64,000 nucleotides of DNA from an uncultured Elusimicrobiales bacterium. GTDB taxonomy: Bacteria; Elusimicrobiota; Elusimicrobia; Elusimicrobiales; Elusimicrobiaceae. A program made the position numbers and the translations under genes. The stretch is from assembly GCA_944327085.1 (NCBI GenBank), contig CALVGG010000003.1:134688-198687 (forward strand). The letters run 5' to 3'. The notes beneath the pieces were generated by a model, which was not told the origin of the DNA, searched no databases, and worked only from the letters and a program-made list of their open reading frames with translations. Shown in pieces: positions 1-9,971 of the stretch (its first letter is position 1; every line of letters begins with the position of its first letter).

Positions 1-470
1 GGTATGACCAACTGGAAGAAAACGGCACCACTGCGGTAACGGAACAAGAAGTAAAAGACTATTTTGATAAATACCCCTACGAAATGACCATTAAACAAAT
101 CATCATTGCCAATGCGGAAACGGCCGACCAGGTGCTTCGCGCTTTAAAGGCCTCTCCCTCCCGCTGGAAAACGCTGGAAAGGCAATATTCCGTTGCGCCG
201 GAAAACACCCGCGGGAAAGAATTTTCCTTTATGCCCGGGGAATTTATACCGGCAATTGAAGTCATTGCGGCCAACTCTCCTTCCGGCAGTGTACAGGGCT
301 TTATCAAAACTTCCCAAGGATTTCATATAATAATGAAGACCCGGGAAAAACGGCTTTCTTTTAAAGACGCAAAAGAACGCATAGAAAAAATTTTGCGTAT
401 GCAAAAAGAAGACGCCGCTTTAAACGCTTTAAAAAATAAATACGAGGTGTTTGTGTATGAAAAAAACTAA
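1..470 (+). CDS. Parvulin-type peptidyl-prolyl isomerase, 3' part (5' end lies upstream of the window)
   Basis: Frame 3 is open from the window edge (YDQLEENGTTAVTEQEVKDYFDKYPYEMTIKQIIIA...), so the listed 84..470 ORF is an internal-Met truncation. The rotamase-like core ...GFIKTSQGFHIIMK parallels ...DPIKTDLGYHIIKIK in the next gene. Confidence 0.6.
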   Translation, partial: YDQLEENGTTAVTEQEVKDYFDKYPYEMTIKQIIIANAETADQVLRALKASPSRWKTLERQYSVAPENTRGKEFSFMPGEFIPAIEVIAANSPSGSVQGFIKTSQGFHIIMKTREKRLSFKDAKERIEKILRMQKEDAALNALKNKYEVFVYEKN

Positions 471-1707
471 CCTAACGGCTTTATTGGCCCTGGTGCTGGC
501 CTTCGGGGTGGGCGCACAGGCCAAAGTGATGGAAACCTCCGTTGCCACAGTGAACGGACAGCCGGTGCTCAGCTCGGAATATGACTCCTACCTGGAAGGC
601 GTGGTGGAGCAATATAAAATCGCGGCGCCGCAATTTTTAGAACAGCCCTACGCGCAGGACGTACTGGGCCGTGAAGTATTAAAAGAACTCATTTCCAAAG
701 AACTGTTGTATCAAGCTGCCGACGAGGCCAAAATCCAAGTAAAAGACAGCGAGGTGGACAGCGGCATTAACGAAATTAAAGCCCGCTTTATTGTGGACGA
801 AAAAACCGGCAAAGAAGACCCCAAAGGGGCCGACAAACGCTTTACCGAAGCCCTCAAAAAACAACACCTGAGCTTAAAAGCGTATAAAGAAAAAATCAAA
901 AAAGACATTGCCGTACGCAAATTAATGGAACAGCGCATCACCGCCACCGTAAAACCGGTGGAAGAAGCCGACGTGAAAGCCTTGTATGAAGATGTAGAAA
1001 TCTGCATGAAAGGCAACACCAAAAAAATGAAAGCGCTTGAAAAAAAGGACCCGGCCCGCTTTAAAGAAGCCAGCCTCATCGCCGCCAAATTAAAACAACT
1101 CACGGCAGAACAGGTGCGCATCGGGCATATTTATTTGGCCGTAACCAAAGATATGAAGCCAGAAGACGTAAAAAAGAAAGAAGAACTGGCCGTTAAAATC
1201 AAAGCCGAAATTGACGGTGGGAAAGATTTCTCCGCCGCCGTTAAAGAATATACCGAAGACAAAGCGGCCCTGGCCTCCGGCGGCGATATGATTTTAATTA
1301 AAGGCATTGCCCCCAAAGAAATTGACAGCAAAGCCTTCTCTTTAGCCGTAGGCAAAGTGAGCGACCCGATTAAGACGGACCTGGGCTACCACATCATTAA
1401 AATTAAAGAAAAACGCGCCGAAAGACAAATCGGCTATGATGACGTAGCAAAAGATTTGGCCCAATATTTGGCGCAGCAAAAAATCCAAAACGCCATGGGT
1501 GAATATATTGGCGAACTGTACGACAAGGCTGACGTAAAAGTTACCAAAACTTTTGAATCGGACAAACTGATTGAAGAAGCCCTTGCCAAACAGCAGGCTC
1601 AAGCCCAAAAGGCCGATAAAAAAGAAGTAAAGGCCGAAGAAAAAGCCGATAAAAAAGCCGCCAAAGAAGAAAAGAAAGCGGAAGATAAAAAAGAAGAAAA
1701 AAAATAA
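457..1707 (+). CDS. SurA/PrsA-like periplasmic chaperone with one parvulin PPIase domain and a Lys/Glu-rich C-terminal tail
   Basis: ATG at 457 gives a signal peptide (MKKTNLTALLALVLAFGVGAQA). Parvulin core IGHIYLAV...GGDMILIKG...DLGYHIIKIKEKR. It lies directly upstream of pdxA, as in the E. coli surA-pdxA arrangement. Confidence 0.7.
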   Translation: MKKTNLTALLALVLAFGVGAQAKVMETSVATVNGQPVLSSEYDSYLEGVVEQYKIAAPQFLEQPYAQDVLGREVLKELISKELLYQAADEAKIQVKDSEVDSGINEIKARFIVDEKTGKEDPKGADKRFTEALKKQHLSLKAYKEKIKKDIAVRKLMEQRITATVKPVEEADVKALYEDVEICMKGNTKKMKALEKKDPARFKEASLIAAKLKQLTAEQVRIGHIYLAVTKDMKPEDVKKKEELAVKIKAEIDGGKDFSAAVKEYTEDKAALASGGDMILIKGIAPKEIDSKAFSLAVGKVSDPIKTDLGYHIIKIKEKRAERQIGYDDVAKDLAQYLAQQKIQNAMGEYIGELYDKADVKVTKTFESDKLIEEALAKQQAQAQKADKKEVKAEEKADKKAAKEEKKAEDKKEEKK

Positions 1708-1736
1708 TTTCCGCCAAGCGGTTAAATTTATAAAAT

Positions 1737-1769
1737 AAAGAGGGAGCAAAAGCTTCCTCTTTATTTTTA
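1737..1769 (+). terminator. Intrinsic terminator after the SurA-like gene
   Basis: Stem of about 11 bp (AAAGAGGGAGC/GCTTCCTCTTT, one G-U pair) with an AAAA loop, followed by ATTTTTAT. Confidence 0.6.
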
Positions 1770-1780
1770 TCGGGGTGAAT

Positions 1781-2710
1781 ATGTCAGCCAAACCGTTTAT
1801 AGCCGTCAGCACGGGAGACCCGCTTGGCATCGGGCCGGAAGTAACCGTAAAAGCTTTACAAAACCCGGAAGTGCAAAATGCCTGCCGCGTGATACTGGTG
1901 GGGGAGCCGCATTCTTTATATGCGGCCGGTTTCACGCCGGACTTGGCAGACCTCTTACCCGTGGAACACCCCAACGCCTTAAAAAAAGCCAAACACGCCC
2001 CCTGCAAATGGGCGGGAGAAGTTTCCTTTAAAGCCCTGCAAACGGCCTGCAAGCTGGCCGCCGGAGGCAAGGCAAAAGCTTTGGTAACGGCCCCCATTTC
2101 CAAACAAAGCTGGGCACTGGCCGGCGTACCCTTTACCGGGCATACGGAATTTTTGCGCAAATACTACGGCAAAACCGCTTTAATGATGTTTGTAAGCGGC
2201 CCCTTAAAATGCGCCCTGGTTACCGAACACTTTGCCATTAAAGATTTGCACCGCGTTATTACGCAAGCACGCATAGAACAAGCCTGTCTGGATTTCAACG
2301 CCGCCCTTAAAAAACTGGGCATCAAACGCCCGCATATTGCTTTGGCCTCTCTCAACCCGCACGGGGGAGACAACGGCCGCTTTGGCAAAGAAGAGGGGCA
2401 AACCATTATCCCGGCTTTAAAAACACTTAAAACACGTCATGTCTTAACCCAGGGCCCCTATCCGGTAGACAGCCTTTGGCTGGCCCACAGGCACGGCAAT
2501 TTTGACGGCATTTTGTGTATGTATCACGATCAAGCCCTCCTGGGTCTTAAACTGGCCGCCAAAGAGCCCATTGTGCACGTAACGGCCGGGCTGGATTTTT
2601 TGCGTGCCTCCCCCACACACGGCACCGCGTTTGACATTGCCGGCCAAAACAAGGCAGACCCCCAAAGCATGGCGGCCGCCCTGTTATTTGCCGCCAGCCA
2701 CGCAAAATAA
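1781..2710 (+). CDS. pdxA: 4-hydroxythreonine-4-phosphate dehydrogenase
   Basis: GDPLGIGPEV, GHTEFL, NPHGGDNG, MYHDQAL and SPTHGTAFDIAG motifs. The ATG at 1781 is preceded by GGGG; the alternative GTG start is at 1775. Confidence 0.85.
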   Translation: MSAKPFIAVSTGDPLGIGPEVTVKALQNPEVQNACRVILVGEPHSLYAAGFTPDLADLLPVEHPNALKKAKHAPCKWAGEVSFKALQTACKLAAGGKAKALVTAPISKQSWALAGVPFTGHTEFLRKYYGKTALMMFVSGPLKCALVTEHFAIKDLHRVITQARIEQACLDFNAALKKLGIKRPHIALASLNPHGGDNGRFGKEEGQTIIPALKTLKTRHVLTQGPYPVDSLWLAHRHGNFDGILCMYHDQALLGLKLAAKEPIVHVTAGLDFLRASPTHGTAFDIAGQNKADPQSMAAALLFAASHAK

Positions 2711-2754
2711 TATTTTACCGTCTATAAATGCATTTATTTTGTTACAATGAAGGT

Positions 2755-3459
2755 ATGCCCCGCATACTGCAATTTTTACAGTTAAATTCCACCAATGCGT
2801 ACGCCAAAGAACACGCAAAGGAATTGGAAAACGGCGACGTAGTCTGCGCCGAAGAGCAAACGGCGGGGCGCGGGCGGTTTAACCGCAAATGGATATCCGC
2901 CCGAGGCGGGTTATATTTTTCCGTTCTTTTAAAACCTAACAATACCCAACATTTGCCCAACTTAACCCAGCTGATGGCATTGTGCATTTGCCAAACCGTA
3001 CGGGAATTGGGCGCGCCGGCACAGCTAAAATGGCCCAATGATGTGTTGGTCAACAATCAAAAACTTTCCGGCATATTAAGCGAAGTGGTATTGGAACAAA
3101 ACCGTTTTTATGCCTTGGTTATAGGCGTGGGCATTAATATACGGCAGGCGGATTTAAGCCAAGTGGGGCAGCCGGCCGTATCTTTGGAAGCGTTAAACAT
3201 ACACATCAGCCGGCAGGATATGCTTGCGCGGCTGCTAAAGCGTTTTAACGCCCGCCTGCCCAAGGCATTGGCCGAGGGGTTTGCCTCTTTTGGGGAAGAA
3301 TACAAAGCCTTGTTCCCCTATATCGGCCGCACCGTTTGTATTACCGCCGGTGGCGGAAAAACCGCCGGAACCGTGCGGGATATTTCCTCCGCGGGGACTT
3401 TGCTGCTTCATACGCAGCAGGGCCTGCAGGAGTTTTCTATAGGAGACATGAACGCATGA
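2755..3459 (+). CDS. birA: Biotin--[acetyl-CoA-carboxylase] ligase, class I (no N-terminal HTH)
   Basis: QTAGRGRFNRKW biotin-ligase signature and about 234 aa in length. The ATG at 2755 follows GAAGG. Confidence 0.85.
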   Translation: MPRILQFLQLNSTNAYAKEHAKELENGDVVCAEEQTAGRGRFNRKWISARGGLYFSVLLKPNNTQHLPNLTQLMALCICQTVRELGAPAQLKWPNDVLVNNQKLSGILSEVVLEQNRFYALVIGVGINIRQADLSQVGQPAVSLEALNIHISRQDMLARLLKRFNARLPKALAEGFASFGEEYKALFPYIGRTVCITAGGGKTAGTVRDISSAGTLLLHTQQGLQEFSIGDMNA

Positions 3460-3698
3460 ACCTTGCAGAAAGTACCTCCTTGTTGGACAGCGTAAACTTA
3501 ACAATCATCGGTATGGTTGTGGTGTTTGCGTTTCTTTTCATCATGGTACTTGTGATGAAAGTGCTGGGCTGGCTGGTGGAAATACTGGAAAAATATTTCC
3601 CTCAACCTGCACCCGCGCCGGCCGCCACTGCCGCCCGCGCGGATAACCTGGCGATAGCCGCCGCCGTGGCCGCCGCCAAGAGATTTACCGGTAAATGA
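3456..3698 (+). CDS. oadG: Oxaloacetate decarboxylase gamma-subunit-like small membrane protein
   Basis: 80 aa with one hydrophobic helix (IIGMVVVFAFLFIMVLVMKVL) and a Pro/Ala-rich tail. It sits immediately upstream of the alpha and beta subunits. Its ATG overlaps the birA stop (ATGA). Confidence 0.6.
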   Translation: MNLAESTSLLDSVNLTIIGMVVVFAFLFIMVLVMKVLGWLVEILEKYFPQPAPAPAATAARADNLAIAAAVAAAKRFTGK

Positions 3699-3712
3699 GA
3701 GGAAGCCAAAAA

Positions 3713-5515
3713 ATGAAAAAAGTTGATTTTATGCTCACGGCCTTCCGCGACGGGTTCCAATCCGTCTACGGGGCACGCGTACTGACCAAAGATTTTATGC
3801 CCGCGGTGGAAGCTGCCCGCCATGCGGGTATTACGCATATGGAATTTGGCGGCGGGGCCCGCTTTCAGGCGCTGTTCTTCTATTGCAATGAAAACGCTTT
3901 TGATATGATGGATACTTTCCGCAAAACGGCCGGGCCGGATGCCAACCTGCAAACCTTGGCCCGCGGGGTAAACGTAGTGGGGTTAGACAGCCAGCCTTCC
4001 GACGTAATTAAAGCCCATGCCCAACTGTTTAAAAAACACGGTACCACCACCATCCGCAACTTTGACGCGCTGAACGACGTAAACAACCTGATTTATTCCG
4101 GCCAGTGCATTCATGACGCGGGGTTAAAACACGAAGTCTGCGTGACTATGATGTCCTTAGCTCCGGGTTGGGACCCTACCGGCAAAATCCATACCGAAGA
4201 ATTTTACGAAAAAGTCCTGCGTGAAATTTTAAAATCCGGCGTACCGTTTGATTCCGTCTGCTTTAAAGACGCGTCCGGTACTTCCACCCCCGCCACCGTG
4301 GGTAAAACCATTGCCATGGCGCGGCGCATTTTGCCGCAGGGCACCAAAATTGTGTTCCACACGCACGAAACGGCGGGCAACTCCATCGCCTGCTGTTTGG
4401 AAGCCATTAAAGCGGGGGCGGACTCGCTGGACCTTTCCATGCAGCCCGTTTCCGGAGGCACCTGCCAGCCCGATATTTTAACCATGTGGCACGCCCTGCG
4501 CGGTACGGAATACACCCTGGATATTGATTACAAAAAAATCCAGGAAGCCGAAAACGTATTTAAAGACTGCATGAGCAAATACTTCCTGCCGCCGGAAGCC
4601 ACCGCCGTCAACCCGGAAATTCCCTTCTCCCCCCTGCCGGGCGGCGCTTTAACCGCCAACACACAAATGATGCGCGATAACGGCACCTTTGACAAATTCC
4701 CCGAAGTGGTAGACGCCATGGGCGAATGCGTAAAATTGGGCGGGTTTGGCACTTCCGTTACGCCGGTTTCTCAGTTCTATTTCCAACAGGCTTACAGCAA
4801 TGTCATGTTTGGCCGCTGGAAAAAGATTACCCCCGGCTACGGCAAAATGGTGTTGGGTTACTTTGGCAAAACGCCGGTGGAACCGGCCGCCGAAGTGGTA
4901 AAAGCCGCCAGCGAACAACTGGGCCTGCAGCCTACCGTTAAAACCCCGCTGGAAATTAACGACGCGGACCCCAAGAAAGGTTTAAAACCCGCCAAAGAAA
5001 AACTGGAAGCCGCCAGCCTGCCGGTAACGGACGAAAACGTCTTTATCGTGGCTACCTGTGCCGACAAAGGCTTAATGTTCTTAAAAGGCGAATCCAAAAT
5101 AAACGGCATCCGCTGGGCCAAAGACGCCAAACCGGCCGCCAAGGCAGACGGCGCCACCGCCTGCAAAGTAACGGTGGACGGAACCGCCTACAACGTGTCT
5201 TTTGAAGGCGATAACGTGGCCGTGGTAAACGGCAAACGCTTTGCCATTTCCGTGGGAGAGGCCGATGCCAAGGCCGCAGCGGCCCCGGCGGCCTCTAACG
5301 GCGCTGCGATGGAAGTAAAAGCCCCCGTACCGGGTGCCATCTTGCGCTTCAGCGCCAAAGAGGGCGACACCGTGGCCGAAGGCCAGGAAATCCTGGTTAT
5401 GGAAGCCATGAAAATGGAAACCGCCATCAGCGCGCCCAAAGCCGGCACCGTCAGCTTTTTGGTAAAACAAGGCGACCAGGTACAAACCGGCCACCCGATT
5501 GCGCTGATTAAATAG
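3713..5515 (+). CDS. oadA: Oxaloacetate decarboxylase alpha subunit (carboxyltransferase plus C-terminal biotinyl domain)
   Basis: N-terminus [12 protein letters not shown] and the HTHETAGN motif are typical of the 5S-transcarboxylase/OadA family. C-terminal biotin attachment motif EAMKME. The ATG at 3713 follows GAGGAAG. Confidence 0.85.
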   Translation: MKKVDFMLTAFRDGFQSVYGARVLTKDFMPAVEAARHAGITHMEFGGGARFQALFFYCNENAFDMMDTFRKTAGPDANLQTLARGVNVVGLDSQPSDVIKAHAQLFKKHGTTTIRNFDALNDVNNLIYSGQCIHDAGLKHEVCVTMMSLAPGWDPTGKIHTEEFYEKVLREILKSGVPFDSVCFKDASGTSTPATVGKTIAMARRILPQGTKIVFHTHETAGNSIACCLEAIKAGADSLDLSMQPVSGGTCQPDILTMWHALRGTEYTLDIDYKKIQEAENVFKDCMSKYFLPPEATAVNPEIPFSPLPGGALTANTQMMRDNGTFDKFPEVVDAMGECVKLGGFGTSVTPVSQFYFQQAYSNVMFGRWKKITPGYGKMVLGYFGKTPVEPAAEVVKAASEQLGLQPTVKTPLEINDADPKKGLKPAKEKLEAASLPVTDENVFIVATCADKGLMFLKGESKINGIRWAKDAKPAAKADGATACKVTVDGTAYNVSFEGDNVAVVNGKRFAISVGEADAKAAAAPAASNGAAMEVKAPVPGAILRFSAKEGDTVAEGQEILVMEAMKMETAISAPKAGTVSFLVKQGDQVQTGHPIALIK

Positions 5516-5523
5516 GGGGCGTT

Positions 5524-6672
5524 ATGGATATTACCGTTGCATTAACCAAAATATTGCATACCACTTCCCTCTATGCCATTACCTGGCAGCAGCTGGTAAT
5601 GATTGGGGTGTGTTTGTTCCTGCTGTGGCTGGGCATTAAAAAGCAGTTTGAACCGCTGCTTTTAATCCCCATCGCATTTGGGGGCTTACTCTCCAACATT
5701 CCGGTGGCGGATATGGCCGGCCCCAACGGCTTCTTAGGCATTGTGTATAACGCCGGTATTCAAACGGGGCTGTTCCCGCTGTTTATCTTTATGGCCGTGG
5801 GCGCCATGACGGACTTTGGGCCGTTAATCGCCAACCCGAAAACGGCCCTTTTGGGCGGCGCGGCGCAGTTTGGTATTTTTGCCACACTGATTGGCGCCAT
5901 TGCCATGACCAATATGCACATGGGCGATTTGTCCTTCACCATGAAGCAAGCCGCTTCCATCGGCATTATTGGCGGGGCGGACGGGCCGACGGCTATCTTT
6001 TTAACCAGCCGTTTGGCGCCGGAGCTGCTGGGTGCCATTGCCGTGGCGGCATACTCGTACATGGCGCTGGTGCCGATTATCCAGCCCCCCATTATGAAAC
6101 TGCTGACCACCGAAGCCGAACGCAAAATTAAAATGCAGCAACTTCGCCCCGTAACCAAACGGGAAAAAATCCTTTTCCCGCTTACGTTGCTGCTACTGTG
6201 TGCGTTCCTGCTGCCGGACGCGGCGCCCTTAATCGGCGCGCTTACGTTTGGCAACCTGATTAAAGAATCCGGCGTGGCGGAACGTTTATCCAAAACCCTG
6301 CAAAACGAGTTCTGCAACATTGTAACCATTTTGCTGGGGCTGTCCGTCGGTTCCAAATTACAGGCCAGCCAGTTCTTAACCGCGCAGACTTTGGGTATTT
6401 TGGTACTGGGGGTGGTGGCGTTCTCCATCGCTACGGCTTCCGGCGTGTTAATGGCTAAACTGATGAACCTGTTTAGCAAAACCAAAATCAACCCGCTTAT
6501 CGGTTCGGCCGGCGTATCGGCCGTGCCTATGGCGGCGCGCGTATCCAACAAACTGGGCTTGGAATACGACAAAAACAACTACCTGCTTATGCACGCCATG
6601 GGGCCTAACGTGGCGGGCGTAATTGGCAGTGCGGTGGCGGCCGGTATTTTGCTGTCGCTGCTGGGCAAATAA
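5524..6672 (+). CDS. oadB: Na+-translocating decarboxylase beta subunit
   Basis: Polytopic 382-aa protein with the family-typical ending ...[23 protein letters not shown], directly downstream of oadA. Confidence 0.85.
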   Translation: MDITVALTKILHTTSLYAITWQQLVMIGVCLFLLWLGIKKQFEPLLLIPIAFGGLLSNIPVADMAGPNGFLGIVYNAGIQTGLFPLFIFMAVGAMTDFGPLIANPKTALLGGAAQFGIFATLIGAIAMTNMHMGDLSFTMKQAASIGIIGGADGPTAIFLTSRLAPELLGAIAVAAYSYMALVPIIQPPIMKLLTTEAERKIKMQQLRPVTKREKILFPLTLLLLCAFLLPDAAPLIGALTFGNLIKESGVAERLSKTLQNEFCNIVTILLGLSVGSKLQASQFLTAQTLGILVLGVVAFSIATASGVLMAKLMNLFSKTKINPLIGSAGVSAVPMAARVSNKLGLEYDKNNYLLMHAMGPNVAGVIGSAVAAGILLSLLGK

Positions 6673-6693
6673 CCAATTTGCTAAAACAAAAAA

Positions 6694-6719
6694 CCCCGCT
6701 TACCAAGCGGGGTTTTTTA
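6694..6719. terminator. Bidirectional intrinsic terminator after oadB
   Basis: CCCCGCT / AGCGGGG stem with a TACCA loop, flanked by an A-tract upstream and TTTTTT downstream. Confidence 0.8.
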
Positions 6720-6774
6720 TTGGGGTTATCCGTGCGTACCTTCCCAAAAAACACCTTTTTGCATTCATTAAACA

Positions 6775-6804
6775 CAAAAAAATGCCCCCGTTTACGCGGG
6801 GGGC
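6775..6804 (-). terminator. Intrinsic terminator after nth
   Basis: GCCCCC / GGGGGC stem. On the minus strand it is followed by a T-tract (complement of AAAAAAA at 6776..6782). Confidence 0.65.
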
Positions 6805-6827
6805 GGATAATCAAAAATTTAACAAAA

Positions 6828-7478
6828 CTAGGCCGAAGCCTTCACCCCGTTTTTGGGGCACAGCGCACTTAACGCACAGCCGGAGCACGCCGGCTTGCGC
6901 GCATTGCATACATTGCGCCCGTGTAAAATAAGCGCAATGGCTATCCAGCCCCAATATTCATACGGGATAAGGCGGGTTAAATCCTGCTCTACTTTAACGG
7001 GGTCCGTTTGTTTGGTAAACCCCAGGCGAAAGGCCAGGCGCTTTACATGGGTGTCCACCACAATGCCCTCCGGCTTTTTAAAATAGTCCCCCAGCATTAC
7101 ATTGGCCGTTTTGCGCGCTACCCCTCGCAGGGATAAAAGGTCCTTCATATTTTGGGGTACTTCCCCGTCAAACACCTCGCAAATGCGTTTGGAACTTTCA
7201 ATTAAAGAAAGCGCCTTGCTGTGGTAAAAACCGGCGGAGTGGATGATTTCTTCCACCTCTTTTATATTGGCGGCGGCCAGCGCCTGCGGGGTGGGATATT
7301 TCTTAAACAAATGAGGCGTAATGGTGTTTACGCGCGCGTCCGTACACTGGGCGGAAAGTATCACCGCCATAAGCAACTGCCAGGCGTTTTGATGATGAAG
7401 CGGGATAATATGCTCAGGATATAATTTTTTTAAAGCGGTAATGACGGGCATTACGTCTTTTTTATTTTTCGGCGGCAT
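6828..7478 (-). CDS. nth: Endonuclease III (DNA glycosylase/AP lyase)
   Basis: SAQCTDARVN, helix-hairpin-helix LLSLRGVARKTANVML, and a C-terminal 4Fe-4S ligand pattern CNARKPACSGCALSALC. Confidence 0.9.
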   Translation of the reverse strand: MPPKNKKDVMPVITALKKLYPEHIIPLHHQNAWQLLMAVILSAQCTDARVNTITPHLFKKYPTPQALAAANIKEVEEIIHSAGFYHSKALSLIESSKRICEVFDGEVPQNMKDLLSLRGVARKTANVMLGDYFKKPEGIVVDTHVKRLAFRLGFTKQTDPVKVEQDLTRLIPYEYWGWIAIALILHGRNVCNARKPACSGCALSALCPKNGVKASA

Positions 7479-8286
7479 AGGCGTTCCTTATCCGGCTGTA
7501 CGCGTAGGAGCAAGCCAGTATAAATAAATTCACCAAAATAATGGTGGCGCCGGAGGGGATGTCAAACACAAAAGACAAATAAACCCCCACCCACACGGCC
7601 GCCAACGCAAGCCCCGCCGCCCAATACAACACCTGTTTAAACGTGCGCGCCAACATTAATGCGGAAACGGGCGGAATAATAAGCAAAGCGGAAATTAAAA
7701 AAATGCCCACCACTTTAAAAGCCAGCACCACGGCGGCGGAAGTAATCAGCGTAAGCGTTAAATTAACCGCACGCACATTAATGCCGCGCGTATGGGCAAA
7801 AGGCGCATCAAACGAGGCGGAAACCAAATCCCGGTAAAAACCAATCACAAAAAACAGCAAAATGGCTAATAGTACCGCACACAGGATTACTTCGTCCGTC
7901 CCCACGGTTAAAATACTGCCAAACAAATAGCCAAACAAATCCGTATTAAAACCGCCGGCCAGGCTGGTAATAAAAATACCGACGGCAAGGCCCGCAGCAC
8001 TGATGATACCGATGGCCGCATCGCCATAAATGCGAAACTTTTCCGTCAGTTTCAAAATCCCAAGCGAGGAAGCCATCACCACCGGTATGGATACATACAC
8101 CGGCGAAGCCCCCATCAGTAGCGCCGCCGCCACACCTGTTAAACACACGTGGCTGAGTCCGTCCCCAATTAAAGACAGGCGCTTAAGCACCAAAAACACG
8201 CCCAACACCGCGCAAATAACCGCCGCCAAAGAGCCCGCCAGTAAACCGCGCTGTACAAAACCGTAGCTTAAAAATTCGCTAATCAT
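7462..8286 (-). CDS. Metal (Zn/Mn) ABC transporter permease, ZnuB/TroD-like
   Basis: Polytopic 274-aa protein whose ends overlap the neighbouring ATPase gene and nth. Confidence 0.8.
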   Translation of the reverse strand: MISEFLSYGFVQRGLLAGSLAAVICAVLGVFLVLKRLSLIGDGLSHVCLTGVAAALLMGASPVYVSIPVVMASSLGILKLTEKFRIYGDAAIGIISAAGLAVGIFITSLAGGFNTDLFGYLFGSILTVGTDEVILCAVLLAILLFFVIGFYRDLVSASFDAPFAHTRGINVRAVNLTLTLITSAAVVLAFKVVGIFLISALLIIPPVSALMLARTFKQVLYWAAGLALAAVWVGVYLSFVFDIPSGATIILVNLFILACSYAYSRIRNAYAAEK

Positions 8287-9073
8287 GTTTGGCCTCCCCG
8301 CAATGGCAGCCCAGGGGGCAGTGGCCGTTATTATGCAGGTGATCTATGGTGTGCTGGGCAAAGGCACCCAATTTGGCGGCCATTTTTTCGGAATGGCAAA
8401 ACTCCTGCTTGGTGCCGTAAAAAACCAGCTCTTTATCCACATACATAAATTTGGAAATATATTTGCCCACTTCGCCCGTGTCGTGCGTGATAAGCAAAAT
8501 GGTGACTCCGTAACGGGTGTTAAGCTCTCCCAATAAATTAAAGAAGTCTTCCCGGCTGCCGGCGTCCAACGCGGCGGAGGGCTCGTCCAAAATAAGCAGC
8601 TGCGGGCGGCTTACCAGCGCGCGCGCCAATAATACACGCTGCTGCTGACCTACGGACAAATCGTGAAAAATCCGCTTGGCGTAACTTAATGTATTGGTTT
8701 TGGCCAGGACTTCATACACTTTTTTTAAGTCCGCATGCGTTACCCGGTTGTGGAAACGCTCAAACCCAAGGCCCATAAAAACCACTTCTTCCACCGATAT
8801 GGGAAACCGGCTCTGCGCCACCGGGCTTTTTTGCGCCAGGTAGCCAATTTTATACCAATCTTTAAATTGGTCCAATTCCTGCCCGAATAAACGCACCGTG
8901 CCTTGGGCTTTTTCAAGCCCTAAAAGCACTTTAAGCAAAGTGGTTTTACCACCGCCGTTGGGGCCAATCAGCCCGACATAATCGCCCGGCTGCATCTGGA
9001 AGGTGATGTTATCGAGCACCCAGGCCGTTTCATACCGGAAGCGCACCCCGTTGGCCTCAATTACGGCCGGCAT
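8279..9073 (-). CDS. Metal ABC transporter ATP-binding protein, ZnuC-like, with a His/Cys-rich C-terminal tail
   Basis: Walker A GPNGGGKTT, signature LSVGQQQR, Walker B LLILDEP. C-terminal tail HTIDHLHNNGHCPLGCHCGEAKHD. Confidence 0.85.
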   Translation of the reverse strand: MPAVIEANGVRFRYETAWVLDNITFQMQPGDYVGLIGPNGGGKTTLLKVLLGLEKAQGTVRLFGQELDQFKDWYKIGYLAQKSPVAQSRFPISVEEVVFMGLGFERFHNRVTHADLKKVYEVLAKTNTLSYAKRIFHDLSVGQQQRVLLARALVSRPQLLILDEPSAALDAGSREDFFNLLGELNTRYGVTILLITHDTGEVGKYISKFMYVDKELVFYGTKQEFCHSEKMAAKLGAFAQHTIDHLHNNGHCPLGCHCGEAKHD

Positions 9074-9954
9074 TCAAGCCCCCTTTGCAAACTGGCCAAA
9101 TTGCGGCGCATCAAATCGGCGTAAGTTACATTATTTTGCGCGTCCTGCGCGCTTACGTGTTCCACCGTATACAAGGGCAACAACTGCGCGCCGGTTTCTT
9201 TAGCCACTACCCCGGCCAAATTTTGAGACAGGGCCTCCTCCGTAAACACATAAGGCGCGCCGGAATTTTTCACCAAATCCACCACCTGCGCCAAACGCTT
9301 TACAGAATGTTCCCCATCGTGCGAGGTGCCGGCCAAAGCCGTCAGCTCCAGCCCGTAGCGGGAGGCCAAATTGCCAAACGCCAAATGCCCCACATGCACA
9401 ATGCGGCGGCGTTTGCAATTTTTAAGAGCGGCGGCAAACTGCCGGTCCAGCTCGTCCAACTGCCGGTTAAAAGCGGCCAGATTGGCGGCGTAAACAGCTT
9501 GATGGGAAGGGTCTTTTTCCTGCAAGGCTTGGGCAATGGCCTGGGCAAAGGGGCGCATATTGTCAAAATCCATCCACACGTGCGGGTCTTTGGAAGGCTT
9601 GGCCGAGGCGGCCGCTTCCACCACAATGGCTCCGTCTTGGGTATTGGTTAATATATCCGTTGCCCAAGGCTCTATACGGCCGGAAACATAAATAAACACG
9701 TCCGCCCCGTGCACAGCCACAATGGCGCCGGGGGTAGGCTCAAAAGAGTGGGGCTCTGCATTGGCGGGAAGCAACATAGATAAATTGATGTTATCCCCCC
9801 CTATTTGTTTGGCTACCGTATACGGCACGTAACCGGAAGCCACCACCGTTATTTTACCGTCCTGCGCCTGAGGACGCGTTTCTTTTGCGTTAAAAAACCA
9901 AAAAGCGGCTCCTGCCGCCAGTAAAACAAAAATAATAAAGAGTGATTTTTTCAT
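9061..9954 (-). CDS. Metal ABC transporter substrate-binding protein, ZnuA/TroA-like
   Basis: Signal peptide MKKSLFIIFVLLAAGAAF. Cluster-9 SBP motifs EPHSFEPTP and DPHVWMD. Overlaps the ATPase gene. Confidence 0.8.
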   Translation of the reverse strand: MKKSLFIIFVLLAAGAAFWFFNAKETRPQAQDGKITVVASGYVPYTVAKQIGGDNINLSMLLPANAEPHSFEPTPGAIVAVHGADVFIYVSGRIEPWATDILTNTQDGAIVVEAAASAKPSKDPHVWMDFDNMRPFAQAIAQALQEKDPSHQAVYAANLAAFNRQLDELDRQFAAALKNCKRRRIVHVGHLAFGNLASRYGLELTALAGTSHDGEHSVKRLAQVVDLVKNSGAPYVFTEEALSQNLAGVVAKETGAQLLPLYTVEHVSAQDAQNNVTYADLMRRNLASLQRGLECRP

Positions 9955-9971
9955 ATAAGTCCTTATTTATA

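Noticed and set aside
8433-8441. Perfect DnaA-box 9-mers: TTATCCACA at 8433..8441 and its complement TGTGGATAA at 51809..51817. These were considered as a hint of an origin near the DnaA-like gene.
   Set aside because: Both are isolated single copies inside coding regions (znuC-like and glk). There is no cluster, no AT-rich unwinding element and no dnaA/dnaN context.
9795-9801. A 7-nt C homopolymer inside the znuA-like gene, considered as a phase-variation tract.
   Set aside because: It is too short for efficient slippage, and it sits in an essential-type transporter gene with an intact frame.
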